NCBI GenBank assembly: GCA_030704615.1
Contig: CM060731.1
Location: 75,144,001-75,208,000, forward strand
Direction: 5' to 3'
Origin: Takakia lepidozioides
Lineage: Eukaryota > Plantae > Bryophyta
Length of the DNA: 64,000 nucleotides
Shown: piece by piece, positions 13,397 through 27,604 of the stretch
Layout: the number at the start of each line of letters is the position of its first letter
Position numbering within the stretch: position 1 is the first letter of the stretch
The notes under the pieces: generated by a model
The model's database searches: none
Seen by the model: only the letters and a program-made list of their open reading frames with translations
What the model was told of the DNA's origin: nothing
Position numbers and translations under genes: made by a program

Positions 13397-13900
13397 GGAT
13401 GCCTGGATGCTTTTCACAATGGTAGGAGTCATAATTTGGACTTCCATTGAGACATGTGCACAACATGGTTGATGCCTTTCAAATTACTAGGCGTGAGAAG
13501 GTGTTGGGCCGCAATTTGCTGGTAATTACACTCACTCGATCTTCTCTATCGAAGTGCAAGTGCATATCTCAAATCTTGTTCGTGCGAAGAGTTGGACGTT
13601 ACATGCAGTTTATAAGTGACCAGTTAGTAACAAGCTCTAGAGCTCCATTTCATATCATGGCTTTGAAGAGACATGTTCCCGGGGATGCTATCCATCATGA
13701 TTTGGCTTTTATACTTGAAGATCGGGCTGCTTTCTAAGAGCTCGTTGCACTTGGAATGAGAAGGCAAACTTTCTTGAAATCAGCTACGCTCACACACACA
13801 CTATGTCACATATACCTAAGCACAAACACGACAACTGTGACACGGATAGTATTATAGACATTTTTTGAAAGCTAGGATCTGCGAGCTTATGCTCAGCAGC
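13397..13900 (+). repeat. Dispersed duplication of 24357-25030 (decayed PPR-like segment plus flank)
   Basis: Both places share GGATGCCTGGATGCTTTTCAC..GGACTTCCATTGAGAC..GGCGTGAGAAGGTGTTGGG..ATATCTCAAATCTTG and, further on, TAGGATCTGCGAGCT. Confidence 0.7.
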
Positions 13901-14707
13901 CCATATTTTTTAGGCAAAATAAAGCCAGAAAGCACCCGAACTTTGTGGGCTGCAACTCGCCCTTGTATAAAAACATGGGAAAAAATGAAAAAACGTTAGA
14001 AAACGCATGTTCCTTGGCAGAGTGTCACCATAAAGCACGAAGGGAACCACCCCTTGGCGCCTGGGAACCGGATCCCGTAGCACCTGCCATCCAACGGCCG
14101 GTGCCTATTGGCGTGGTAGCCGTGGGCGATCTCACCACGTGAACCACCCCTGGGCCGTCCATTCGCCAAACGTTTTAGGGCTAGAGGGGGTGGGCGTCGC
14201 CACTGCGCGGTGGCTGTCACTATGAGTTCATTGCCTTCTATGTTGTGCCTTGAGTTCATGTGCATTGCCAGGTTCGTTTAGTGTGCGCTTGTTTATTGGG
14301 AGGGACTTCAAGGAATATCTATGCTTAGATTTACATAGTTCCTTTGTGCTGGAGGGCAGATTCAAGAGCCTCTTTGTTTCCATCATCTCCGCGAGTGTAG
14401 TGAAAATATCGACGTTGACATTTGGTAATTGGGCAATTTTCATTGGGGCATGCTGCCTAGACAGTCTGTTTTGGACCTGGTAGCTTATTAGTATTAGTGC
14501 CCCCTTGTATGTTCAGATTGCAAGAGGCATCATTGTTGTCTCTGCAGGTTCAGATTGAGTTTTTCGCATTTGCAACTCAGTGCCTTTTTGGCCGAAGACG
14601 CAATATATTTATTTAATTTGAGTACAAGGGACTCCGTCCCCATTTTATTAAAAATATATTTTTAAAAAAAATCCGTTATTTCCATGTGTCCCATCCAAAG
14701 TGGGCTA

Positions 14708-15507
14708 CAGTCGACCTGGATAAATGTTAAATGTTTTTTTGTTATGTTACCCTTAAAGTTATGAAATCTTGGCTCTATAAAAATTTACACTTGAAAACAA
14801 CAACATAACACTAACATAACCAATTTTTAGAGCTGACTCGCTGATGTGGCATGTTTCTATTGGATTTGAGGAGGGGTGCTGTATGTGGTATTCTACGACC
14901 TACTAGATTTTAACTACCTACGCGGCTCAGTAGGTCCTGGCTCCTGCTATATCCGGTGGTGGTAGGTACGTACAAGGGTAAACTGACTGGTTCGCTGCCC
15001 TAAAAACCAGTTATGTCCGGTAGCGCTCGAGAGGAGCCATTGCTATCGGATAAAGCAGGTCACCATGACACCTCGCCGCTAACGCGGCTCGGGAGGTCCC
15101 GGCTCCCTGCTATATCCAGTAGCAGGCCCGGCTCCTCTCAAATGCTACCTACTAGTCCATAAAGATTTTGAAAACAGATATTACCTCAACAATTTTTTGA
15201 CCTCCCTCAAAAACTATTGTTGAGGTAATTTTCTTTTTAGAAAAAACATAATGGTTTTGAAAACAGAAAAAGAAAATTACCTGAACAATAGTTTTTGAGG
15301 GAGGTCAAAAACAAATGTTGAGGTAATTTTCTTTTAAAAAAAACATAATGGTTTTGAAAATAGATATTACCTCAACAATTGTCTTTGACCTCCCTCAAAA
15401 ACTATTGTTGAGGTAAAAAAAACATAATGGTTGATATGTGATAAAAAATAAAAAATATGTTATAATTTTTCTACTCTATAGGAATAACAATTATCTAGGG
15501 TCGACTG
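14708..15507. mobile_element. Non-autonomous Tc1/mariner (pogo-like) element / MITE, 800 bp
   Basis: TA|CAGTCGACCTGGATAAATGTT ... AACAATTATCTAGGGTCGACTG|TA: ~22-bp imperfect TIRs, a TA TSD on both sides, and no ORF. Confidence 0.75.
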
Positions 15508-16247
15508 TATGGAGCCAGATTAATGACATTGGCCTTTTTATGGTAGCAACTTTGCTACAATAGAGGTTGGGTAGCGCGTGAGCATGCTCACGTGAGCACA
15601 AGCGAATATTAAGGATATTCCCTAGATGTCTTTCGAATATTCTCCAGCAAAACTAAAATTGAGAAACTAAAAACTTTGCGAAACTTTTTTTAACTGCTCA
15701 CATAGGCCCTCACAGCATCACTTAAGAAACAAGTAACACCTATACAAGATAAACATGTTACCCTATAGGCGTGGGGTTTCCTCACATTATGCGAACCGGA
15801 TACCCCAGAAAACCCCAGAAAAACAAAAATCATGGTTTCCAGTCCGGATATCGACAGTTTAAGCCCTAGAAAAGTTATTTTTGCACTGAGAAAATAAATC
15901 TGAAGATACTCATGTACACCGTGCCTGTTAACATGTAATTCCTATGACCGCGGTTTGAAAACATTTAATCCCTATGACCGCGGTCCATGCCGTGATCACA
16001 TAATATCAACCCCCGCTGCAATATAAGGGCTTTCGAACCAGATTTATCTGCCTTGCTTTGACATGTGTCGCCCTTGCAGTGTCTTCTTCGTCTTATATGG
16101 TCGCCATATTGCAATGGTATGGTGAGTAGCTGTAGCCACGTACAATCCACGTGGAAAAATAGCTAGTTCGTCACCTACGCACTCTACCCCACCAGTTTGT
16201 AGCCACATGGCCGCTGTACATGAAATGGAAAAAAATGGGCTGCTTCT

Positions 16248-16619
16248 TGTTGGAATTCGACAAAGAATAGAGGTAACAGATGAACTGATTACTGAGAACT
16301 CTCCACCCAACCATATGACCACAACAAGTTGTGTCCACCTTCCGAGCTCTCCTTATTTATACTCAAAGTCTAATCCAGAAATAGTTGAGATAACTATAAC
16401 ATAACTCTATGCTTTTACTTAAGTTATCTCTCCACCTGTTATTCTGGTACAATGACTTCAGTCACTAATAACTGAAGCCAACTTTAGCTATCTTTTAGCT
16501 AACTGAGGCTTATCTCTATTGTTAACTGTGACTTGTCAGCACTGCTATTTATGGAAGCCTGACTTATCATCACAGTAACTCTAGGTAGTAGTAACTTGGT
16601 CAGGAGTTGATTTCCAACA
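16248..16619 (-). repeat. Copia 3' LTR
   Basis: Direct repeat of 20705-21054; about 12 mismatches in the first ~115 bp by eye, plus indels. Confidence 0.95.
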
Positions 16620-19600
16620 CCCCCACTCAACGAGTTATCAAGTTAAGCACTTAACTACTCCCATCAAGCCTCGAAAGCGTTCAAGCTTTTCAGCACTAAG
16701 CCATTTTGTTAGTATGTCTGCAACCATGTTGTTGGTGTTGCAATATACAAGCTTGACAACTCCAGCTTCAGTCTTCTCTCGTACCAAATGATGATGAATC
16801 TCAATATGCTTTGTGCGAGCATGAAACATTGGATTCTTTGAGAGAGCAATACACCCTTGGTTGTCATCATATATGACCATGGTATCCCTCTGTGGACGAC
16901 CAATACTAGATAGAAATGATGATAACCATAATGCTTGTCTTGTAGCTTGAGATGCAGCCATATATCCTACCTCAGTCGAGGACAAAACAATTGTAGATTG
17001 CTTCTTGCTGCTCTAGCTTACAGCTCCATTTGGTAGCATAAAAACATAGCCAGATGTAGAGGGGCGGTCATCAACATTACTAGCCCAATCTGCATCACAA
17101 TAGCCGTATAGCTGTGTGCTTTTGCAAGCACTATCTGATATACCATATGAACCCACTTGATCTAATTGAACATTATCATTGTTCTTTCTTAAGCACAAAC
17201 CATAGTCCAATGTGCCTCTTAGATAACGGAAAATTCGCTTTACTGCAACCCAATGGAGATGCCCAGGGTTAGCCACAAATTGGCTTACTACCCCCACTGC
17301 TTGTGCAATATCTGGCCTAGTACAGACCATTGCATACATGAGACTTCCCACAACACTCTGATAGGGAACATCTCTCATTGTATCCAAGTCTGCAGCATTC
17401 TTAGGACTCATCTCCTTTGAGAGTTTGCAATTTGGGACAAACGGGGTATTTACCGACATACTTTCAGCCATACCAAAGCACCTTAAGATATCTTCAAGAT
17501 ACTTACGCTGGTTCAGGTAAATCGCTCGGTCTTGTCGAACACGAGTTACCGATACCCCCAAGCAGTATTGGATCTCTTTCAAATCCACCATCTCAAACTT
17601 CATTGAGATATCACTTTGTCTTTTTCAACAAAGCCTGATCAACACATGATCACAGGATCTCTTTCAGATCCACCATCTCAAACCTCTTTGAGATATCATT
17701 TTGTCTTTTCAACAAAGACTGATCATTAACACATGATCACATAATCTCTTTCAGATCCACCATCTCAAACCTCTTTGAGATATCACTATGTCTTTGTTTC
17801 AACAAAGTCAATTTGTTATGATCACACAACCACTATCTCAATCTCATTTGAGATATTGACACTCTGTATGTGTTTCAACACAGTCAAGTCATTAGAGACC
17901 AAAATCAGATCATCAATGTATAGTGTTATGATCACAAAAGAGTTTCCATGAGCCCTCTTATAGTAAACACTATAATTAGCAGAGCTCCTCTAAAACTATT
18001 CAGCCATGAAATATGCATCAATCTTAGCATTCCATGCCCTAGGGGATTGCTTAAAACCATACGAGGACTTGAGGAGATTCATTCTCTTTTACAGCAAATC
18101 CCTCCGGCTGGTCCATGTATATTTCTTCCATAAGATCTCCATTGAGAGAGGCTGTACATACATCCATCTGATGTACCTCAAGATTTTCAACAGCAGCAAA
18201 CGCTAGAATCACTCGAATTGACTCCATCCGTGCAACAAGAGAGAAGGTTTCATTGTAATCAAAACATTCAATTTGCGAAAACCCCTTTGCAACCAAGCAC
18301 GCTTTGTACCTTGCTACAGAACCATCTGCATTGTACTTAATTTTGAAAATCCATTTGCAGCCAACAGACTGCCGTCCTGATGGAAGTTGAACAAGACTCC
18401 AAGTCTTATTATCTTGAAGAGACTTAAACTTGGATGCCATAGCTTCCTTCCAGTGTGAAGAGTTCCCACTCCTCATTGCATCTGACACACTTTGAGGTTC
18501 ATCATTGTCAATGAAATAGGCAAGAGATACCTTTGAGGTTTTTCAATCATAGTAGATTGTACCTCCTCCATTTGAACCTCAACTATCTCTTCAACAATCT
18601 TCTCTTCCATTTTATCTTCATGTGTTAGAGTCAAGTTCTCATTTTCATGGTCCAAACTTGGAACTACTGTTTCCTGATGAAAGTTCTTGGACTCAGCGAA
18701 TATCACATCACGACTGATGATCACATACTTGTTCTCAGGGTTATACAACTTATACCCTTTGGTTTCTTCACAATAACCAATGAAGATACACTTGATTGCT
18801 TTTGCATCCAATTTCTTCCTTACTTCTTTTGGAACATGGGCAAATGCAACACACCCAAAAACGCGCAAATGATCAACTGAAGGTTTCTCACCCTTCCAAA
18901 CCTCTTCCGGTGTCTTTGTAGAGATTGCCTTAGTAGGAAGTCGATTCTGGAGGTATGTTACAGTCGCCACTGCTTCTACCCAGAAACGGTGGTTCAACCT
19001 TATGTGTTGCAACATACACCTCACACTCTCAACATGTGTTTGATTCTTCCTCTCTGCAACTCCATTCTGTTCTGGCGTATATAATGTGGTTGATTGTTTC
19101 ACAATATCATTTTCTCTACAGAACTGGTTAAAGTTCTTTGAGATGTACTCACCACCACCATCACACCGAAGAACTTTGATCTGTTCTCCACTTTGATTCT
19201 CCACCAAAGCTTTGAATGCCTTGAACCTATCAAGAACTTCAAACTTGTTTTGCATCGTGTAGAGAAATGTTTTCCTGGAAAAATCATCAATGAAGGTCAA
19301 GAAATACTTTGCACCTCCATGAGGTTCAGTTGATATAGGACCGCATAGATCTGTATGAACCAGGCCAAGAACCTTATTTGTTCGAGAACCTCCATCCTTT
19401 GGAAATGAGTTGCGATGGTGTTTACCATACACACATCCGTCACAAAAACTCAAGATCCGATCTCCTGTAAAATCCATGCCCTTCAACAGATTGTTAGCTG
19501 ACATGCATGACAAACTTTGCATTGAGACATGTCCAAGTCTCTGATGTCAGAGGTCACTCTGCTCGAGAGTAGTAGTACACTCTACATGTAAAGCCTGGAC

Positions 19601-20704
19601 AACCCTAACCAGCTTGTACAATCTTGCATCTTTCACTCCCTCAACTATCACTTCACTACCAAACTTCACCCAACAAAGATTGGTAGAAAATTCAACCGTA
19701 AGATCTTGCTCAGTTAGCTGACTAACTGACAATAGGTTCTTTGTCAATCCAGGAACAAAGAGAATTCCTCCGATCTCGTTCGACACTCCAGATGATAATT
19801 GAAACACAACAGTACATTTTCCATGATATCAAGACTAATACTGTTGTCTCCAAGATACACCTTGTTCCCCACAGAGAGTTCTTTGAAGGTTGAAAATGTT
19901 TCTTTCTGGATCATCATGTGCTGAGATGCCCCTAAATCAATGAACTATGCATCTCTGCAACTCGTAGAGATTGACAAAGCTACAACAAGAAGTTCAGTCC
20001 TTTCAGCCAATGCTGAAACCTTATTTTGAAACCTCTTCTTCTTCTCATCGTCTAGTTTTCACTTGAAGCATAGTGACCTCTCATGCCACAAAAGAAACAG
20101 ACTCTGTGTTTCTTCTTCTTGAATTTAACTTCCTTCCTCCATCTTACAGCTCTTGGTTAACCGATTGACAACATGCTTTCTTCCAAAACTGACACATAGA
20201 TTGAACCATGTTTGTCTAACAGTTTTAGCATGTGCAACATGATGAAGTATTGAATCTGCTACATTCAACAACATGGTTCCTCGAGCTAACTTATCTTTCT
20301 TTCTAGAAAATCGTTGCTCAGGAGTGGCTATGATCTCTCCATCTTCAGGCTGCGCTTGAATTGGTGCAACTGCTTTTCCTGATGTGATCTCCCACAGATC
20401 TTTCTCATGAAGAATGAACTCCATCTTAATCTTCCATGTATGAAAACTATGACCATCTAACTTCTCCACTCGGGTATGATCAGTAGAAGGTGCCATGATG
20501 CTAGTTTGATGTTTTGCCAATTATAAAACACCCTCAAACTTTCAGATCTAACTCCAAACGCTCAATTCCAAGCACTCAAGCTTTCAGATCTAACTCCAAG
20601 CACTCAAGCTTTTCAAATCTGATACCAAGCACTCAAGCCTATTGGTTGTAAATCAAATACTCATCTCCTTCTATCTCTCAGACAGAACCAAGCTCTGGAT
20701 ACCA

Positions 20705-21054
20705 TGTTGGAATTCGACAGAGAATAGAAGTAAAAGATGAATTGATTATTGAGAACTCTCCACCCAACCGTAGGACCACAACAAGCTCTGTCCACCCTCT
20801 GAGCTCTCCCTATTTATACTCAAAGTCTAATCCAGAAATAGCTTAGAACTATAGCATATCTATGCTTTTACTTAAGTTATCTCCACATGTTATTCTCGTA
20901 CAACGACTTCAGTCATTAATAACTGAAGCTCTTTCTAATTGAGGCTTATCTCTATTATTAACTGTGACTTGTCAGCACTACTATTATGGAAGCTTGACTT
21001 GTCATCACAGTAATTCTAGGTAGTAGTAACTTGGTCAGGAGTTGATTTCCAACA
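20705..21054 (-). repeat. Copia 5' LTR
   Basis: Direct repeat of 16248-16619; adjacent to the PBS. Confidence 0.95.
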
Positions 21055-21415
21055 CTTCTTGCAGCTTGCTAGGCTTAAAAAAAAAAGATGAACTAAAAAG
21101 TAAAAAGTAAAGAAGAAGGTAGAACGGCGACCGGCTATGGCCGGTGAGCGGTGAGGTGCCGCGAAGGCCTCGTAGCTCCTTCCCTTTCTTTTCCTTCGCT
21201 TTTGTGTTTCTTTCCCGTTGTTTCTCATCTGCGTTACTTAAGCGGAGGCCCTCGCTCCCTTCTCTCACTTGTTACCTCGTTGGGAATTGTACAGCCCTCT
21301 CCAGTTCTCTGCCTGCTGCCATGAATTTCTCTCTGTATAGTGCTAGATTGCAAGTTTGCTTGTTTGCGCTTGTGGATATTTCTGTAAGATTGTGGATCGG
21401 AGACTGTAATTTTGA

Positions 21416-23050
<1,635 letters not shown>

Positions 23051-23499
23051 GTACGGGCACAATAAAGCATCTTTTGCAATATATGGCTATCCACATTTTG
23101 TGAGTGTTTTGTATGTACATTGCTCCCTGAGCGCTTACCCCATCATATGTTGTTAAGTTTGTCACACTTCTGCAAATTGAGTCTGTATGAGGATGTGCTT
23201 GTGCTTGTGTAGCAACAATTTGAATACAAATAGCAGGAGGGATGCAGGGAAAGTGAAGAAGTTGATCAATTTTTAGTGGGGATTTGGTCTGGGAGCTAAC
23301 GAATTGATGTGCACATGGATTGTATTGGGGGAGACGGCATATGACTAGGATGAGTGTTTGAGAAGCCACGGAAGTTTGAAACCCTAACAGTTGTTACATG
23401 CTGTAATGGAATTCATCTGTTTGCACCTAGTGATGATGCTGGTGTGAACTTTTGGACCTCAAAGAAATATGTCCCACTGTGTCTAGCTCCCTGAAGTAG

Positions 23500-23900
23500 G
23501 AGATTGGGCCTGCTAGTCATTCTGTGCCTGCCTTACTGGATTGGACAAGAATCCTTCTCTCAGCCTAGCATGTGCCCTTAGACAGTTCCAAACTGGACAG
23601 TATCTTAGGGAATGCCCTATCTGGAAATTTAGAAGAAGCAGATTGGAAAGGGGTAAGGGAAGCCGTTCCCATGAGAGTAAGTAGAAATATATCACCGCAG
23701 TCCAAACTCTGGATGTGACAGGACCAGTACTGGACAGGACATCTTTAGAAGACTGATGAATCAATTCAGGGAGCCCAACGAGACATCCTGCATGAAAGTC
23801 CTAACAGGCAAGATTCTGTTCACGATCTTCCATAAGAAGGCTCCGATTTTGGCAGATTGGTTCCTTTCCTCATATGTTCGATTTTGTGTGCCCCTCAACA
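23500..23900 (-). mobile_element. Non-LTR retrotransposon (LINE) ORF2 C-terminal remnant
   Basis: KIGAFLWKIVNRILPV resembles the zf-RVT region of plant LINEs; short and degenerate. Confidence 0.5.
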
Positions 23901-24356
23901 GAGTTGCTCCATTTCCTCTGTCACTTGTGGGAAAGGAAAACACAGGAGAGAGCAAAGCATAGCCCATGTTGACAGAGTAAGCAAGAAAGGGAGATGTTGC
24001 ATGGTGCATCCACGCCCATTCTCCTGGGTCAAATTGGACAGCAAGGGGAATGCAAAAACACCAGGAAAGATCAGCATGATGGGTCCAATATATCAACCTA
24101 ATTTGTCTTCCGGAGCTTCGAGTCGTAACCCAGCGGGTAAGCCACGTCTCTTTCCCAGGAATGAACCAGCATCGCATTACAAAGGGCAGGGCCCGCTCTA
24201 CCTCCATGCAAACCGGAAAATCCAGCAGTTCAACACCAGTTTCCAGCATTTGCAGGACTTGAGAACAAATCACAGAACAAGATCTGGAAGCCCTCCTGAC
24301 ACCGACGAAGGAGGCCACCAGTGGAGTTGAGATGAATCCTCTGTCTTTTGCAGTTA

Positions 24357-25030
24357 GGATGCCTGGATGCTTTTCACATGCTTTTCACGGGGGTAGAAGT
24401 CATAACTTGGACTTCCATTGAGACGTGCATGTGCAGCATGGTTGATAGCTTTCAAATCAATTGGCGTGAGAAGGTGTTGGGGATGGTAATTCCACACTCA
24501 CTCTTCTCTATCAACTGTGAACAGGTCAAGTGCATATATCTCAAATCTTGTTGTTCGAGAGTGATTCGTGCTTGGAAAGCTAACACCAGAAACTGTATTG
24601 GGCTGTGTAGCAAGTATACATATTTGTGCAACTTTAGCTCAGATCACGGGAGCAATCTGCTCCCTCTCTTTTAAACGAGTACAACGTCATCAAACCAGAA
24701 AAGATTGCAACAGATTGATGCTCCTCTCAATGTAATTGCAATGTCCAGATTCACAAGTTGTGTCACTGCAGCTGAATTGATCATGAACCGTTGGGATTCA
24801 AAATCCTCAATCGAGGTCAAACTAGTCTAGACTCTAGAACTAAGCTGCCAGTGCCCACTGCATCGGAGCTCCAGTAATTATAAGTAATTATAGGTGGCCT
24901 CAAACATTTCTAAAGAAAGCTTGTGCATATCTGCATGGGCATGTGCGAGAGAGCTACTTATTCGCTCTTATCTGTATGTATACATGTTAGAGTGATCGAA
25001 TTAGGATCTGCGAGCTATGGGCGCAGCCTC
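24357..25030 (+). repeat. Second copy of the 13397-13900 duplicated segment
   Basis: Shared blocks as listed for 13397-13900. Confidence 0.7.
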
Positions 25031-25465
25031 TTTCCACAAAGATGATGTGGGTAAGTACTGCGCTTTCTTCCCGCTTGATCTCGATTCACTTATGTCCTGG
25101 ATTCCTACGAAGAACTAGCTGAGGGTCCAATAACGTCGACGAAACTCGCATCTGTCTGTCGTGCAGATGTTCGACACATCAGAAGAGCTCCGCTTATTCC
25201 GTAAACGATTGTCCAGATCTCCCATCACGAGTACCTGCACGCACACGATTCAGTGTAAGTGAGACACGTTTTTGGTAAGTCCACAAGATCTTCAAGAGGG
25301 GTAGTGGAGCAGAACAAGTCGGTACCAAGGGCTACGGAGGAGACAATGACAGAAGGAACAAATCTCAAAGCTTGAAAGCACGCTCTGCACTTACAGTGCA
25401 CGAGCACCTAACACATGGTTTGAAAGGAAGAGGCCTGGTTGAAGGTCTAGCAACCTGCTAGAGCT

Positions 25466-27604
25466 CTAGCATCGCCAGGAGGACGCTGCAAGGATGGGCT
25501 TTCCCTTCCATCCAAGCACCAGGCAGCCCTTTTCCTCCGAGATGGTGTAGCCTTCGCAAGGGTAATTGGGGCTTTGGGAGAGCCAAACGCGTGCATGGCC
25601 TATGAACTTGAGGGGCATGGGTTGGAAGCCAGCACGAGACATGCGTCGCCGCCATTGATCGACTCTTTCGTGTCGCTCCACGCGCGCTGGGCCCTCACAG
25701 GACACGATGTTCTTAATCTCTTCAGCAAAGTGGAATTGCTCCATCTTCTGACGAGGCGTGCTATATTTGGGGAGGATGGCATCGAGCGAGTCGAATATTG
25801 CAGAGTAGTAATGCAAGGCCTCCATGAACCGGCCCAGAAAGAAGGGGCCATTGTGGCTTGCATCTTGTTCCACGAGTGTGAGAACCTTGGGAAACAGATC
25901 GTGAATTGATTGTAAGACAGAGTTTAGGGAACCCCGACTTTCCTTCACCACACGATGGAGTTGTAGCACACTGTTCACCGCCAGGGCCTCTCCCTCTCGC
26001 AAGTCCAGCATCGACTTCTGCAGACTTTCAAGAGATTCTTCCACGGGATGAAATTCAAATGGGAGTTGATACTTTTGAGCAACTGCAGTGAGTTGCGCTC
26101 CAATTTCCTCCATCTTCTCCATTGAAGTCCCTACACTAGTTATGCGGAGAAGCTTCGGAGGACCTTCCTGTCGACTAGTCAGGCCTTCAATCAGGTAGGG
26201 CCATTGCAGGCTGTCTGTCATGCCTAAGTCTACCACGTGAAGATACTCTTCTCCCTCAAAGGCTTCCATGATTGATTTGTTGGCAGCGTAGTGTCCAAAG
26301 AATACGTAAGGACAGTACTTATACATCAGGGCATAGCCCTCAAGTCTCTCCTTCTCCGAGGGAGGGTTCTGGACTGCTGCTGCCTTGAATCCTTGAGATC
26401 CAGTGATGGCCAAGCGGGCGGCGAGGCCTTCCACAAAGCATGCCGTCACTCGTTGCATGGAATCCCCGAACGGAGAAGCCATTGTGTGGAGCTGGCGAAG
26501 CAACATACTTGATTGTCGAGAATCACGGCAGGCCACTGCCTCGGCGCATGTCAGAAGCAACTGGACCATCTCAATCCCCGTGTTCGACTGATTTTCAGCA
26601 GACTTAAACCCTGCAGGCCGCTTTATGAATGGACTCTCCCAATCCATGGAGAGTATGGACGATTCTTCCAGCTTTGACACTTTCCTCTTGTAGTGCTGGA
26701 AGGGTTCTCCCCGAAATCGTGCAGACGCTGCCATCAGGATGCTAGAATTTGGAGAGCTCCGTTCTTCCAGTTTGTACACTTTCTGTTTAGAATTGCCTTG
26801 AAAAACCGTTCGCTTGACTTGAGCAGTCATGATGTCCATCCCCGGGGCAGAGATTGGCGAGCTTGAATCACCCTTTGAACGAGAAGGAAAATGTTGGCTT
26901 CCAGAGTTCTCTGAACTTAATGGAGAATCCCATGAGGCAGGGGAGCCTGAGAAAGAAATAAATTGGACACTTGGTATCTCTTTATCCTCATGTATGCTTG
27001 CGAGCTTCGGAACTTGCTCAAAGCGGTTGCCAACGTTGTAGTTCAAGGGTTCGCCGGTCACGCCTCCGATCCTATGTGGAGGATAACTGTCAGATGCAGA
27101 TGATTCCACTGAGTAGTCTGTACTGGTACCGCTTGTGAAGGAACTCTGGTCTGCAACAACCTCTCGTTCATTGAAGAAGGTCCACACACCGGGATCTTGA
27201 TGCTGACCAAGTACTGTATTCAAGTTATAAGGGTCTTGACCCTGGCCCAGTAGATTGAAGTCCTCCTCGAAGGTATTCAGTGATGGAATTGCGCTGGAGG
27301 AAGGGGACTGCGCCAGATTCTCAATGAGCTCGTCGAAACTTGGATCCCAGGATCCAGTGTGTCCAAGATTGGCCTGTTGTGGCTCTACAGCCACGGCAGG
27401 CGAGGTGAGTGCTTTGCTGCCAAAACCATCATATGGTGCAAGCACTATGGAATTACTTGGTGAGTCCGAAAGGGAGCCCCCTCCGACTGCTAAAGGAGAG
27501 GTCGGAGACAACGGCTTTTCCACTTTCTCTTCCTTAGGAGTGTTCTGGTTGTTGACCTTCGGGTACCTGAACGTACCCCGTGTCGTCATTGCTAGCTGAT
27601 TCAT
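25466..27604 (-). CDS. RAD1: GRAS transcription factor of the RAD1 (Required for Arbuscule Development 1) clade; intronless, ~712 aa
   Basis: LLLTCAEAVACRD, LHVVDLG (VHIID motif), VVKESRGSLNSVLQ, HNGPFFLGRFMEALHYYSAIFDSLD.ILPKY, EQF.FAEEIKNIVSCEGP.R.ERHERVDQWRRRMSRAGFQ and SSW. These motifs match legume RAD1 as I recall them. First ATG at 27604. Confidence 0.85.
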   Translation of the reverse strand: MNQLAMTTRGTFRYPKVNNQNTPKEEKVEKPLSPTSPLAVGGGSLSDSPSNSIVLAPYDGFGSKALTSPAVAVEPQQANLGHTGSWDPSFDELIENLAQSPSSSAIPSLNTFEEDFNLLGQGQDPYNLNTVLGQHQDPGVWTFFNEREVVADQSSFTSGTSTDYSVESSASDSYPPHRIGGVTGEPLNYNVGNRFEQVPKLASIHEDKEIPSVQFISFSGSPASWDSPLSSENSGSQHFPSRSKGDSSSPISAPGMDIMTAQVKRTVFQGNSKQKVYKLEERSSPNSSILMAASARFRGEPFQHYKRKVSKLEESSILSMDWESPFIKRPAGFKSAENQSNTGIEMVQLLLTCAEAVACRDSRQSSMLLRQLHTMASPFGDSMQRVTACFVEGLAARLAITGSQGFKAAAVQNPPSEKERLEGYALMYKYCPYVFFGHYAANKSIMEAFEGEEYLHVVDLGMTDSLQWPYLIEGLTSRQEGPPKLLRITSVGTSMEKMEEIGAQLTAVAQKYQLPFEFHPVEESLESLQKSMLDLREGEALAVNSVLQLHRVVKESRGSLNSVLQSIHDLFPKVLTLVEQDASHNGPFFLGRFMEALHYYSAIFDSLDAILPKYSTPRQKMEQFHFAEEIKNIVSCEGPARVERHERVDQWRRRMSRAGFQPMPLKFIGHARVWLSQSPNYPCEGYTISEEKGCLVLGWKGKPILAASSWRC

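Larger units (their letters stand above)
16248..21054 (-). mobile_element. Ty1/Copia LTR retrotransposon, complete boundaries, degenerate
   Basis: LTRs 16248-16619 and 20705-21054 (TGTTGG...CCAACA); TSD CTTCT at 16243-16247 and 21055-21059; PBS-like TGGTATCCAGAGC; PPT GAGTGGGGG. Order gag, PR, IN (HTDLCGP, FIDDFSRK, QNGVAER), RT (GCKWIFKIK, YQSVVGSLMY), RNase H (RTKHIEIHHH), with stops and frameshifts. Confidence 0.97.

Noticed and set aside
13048-15868. TAGGGCTTAA / TTAAGCCCTA as hAT-like TIRs
   Set aside because: The match is short and there is no 8-bp TSD.
25311-25320. GACTTGTTC (CTTC/MYCS-like motif) near RAD1
   Set aside because: It lies downstream of the stop codon and is short enough to be chance.
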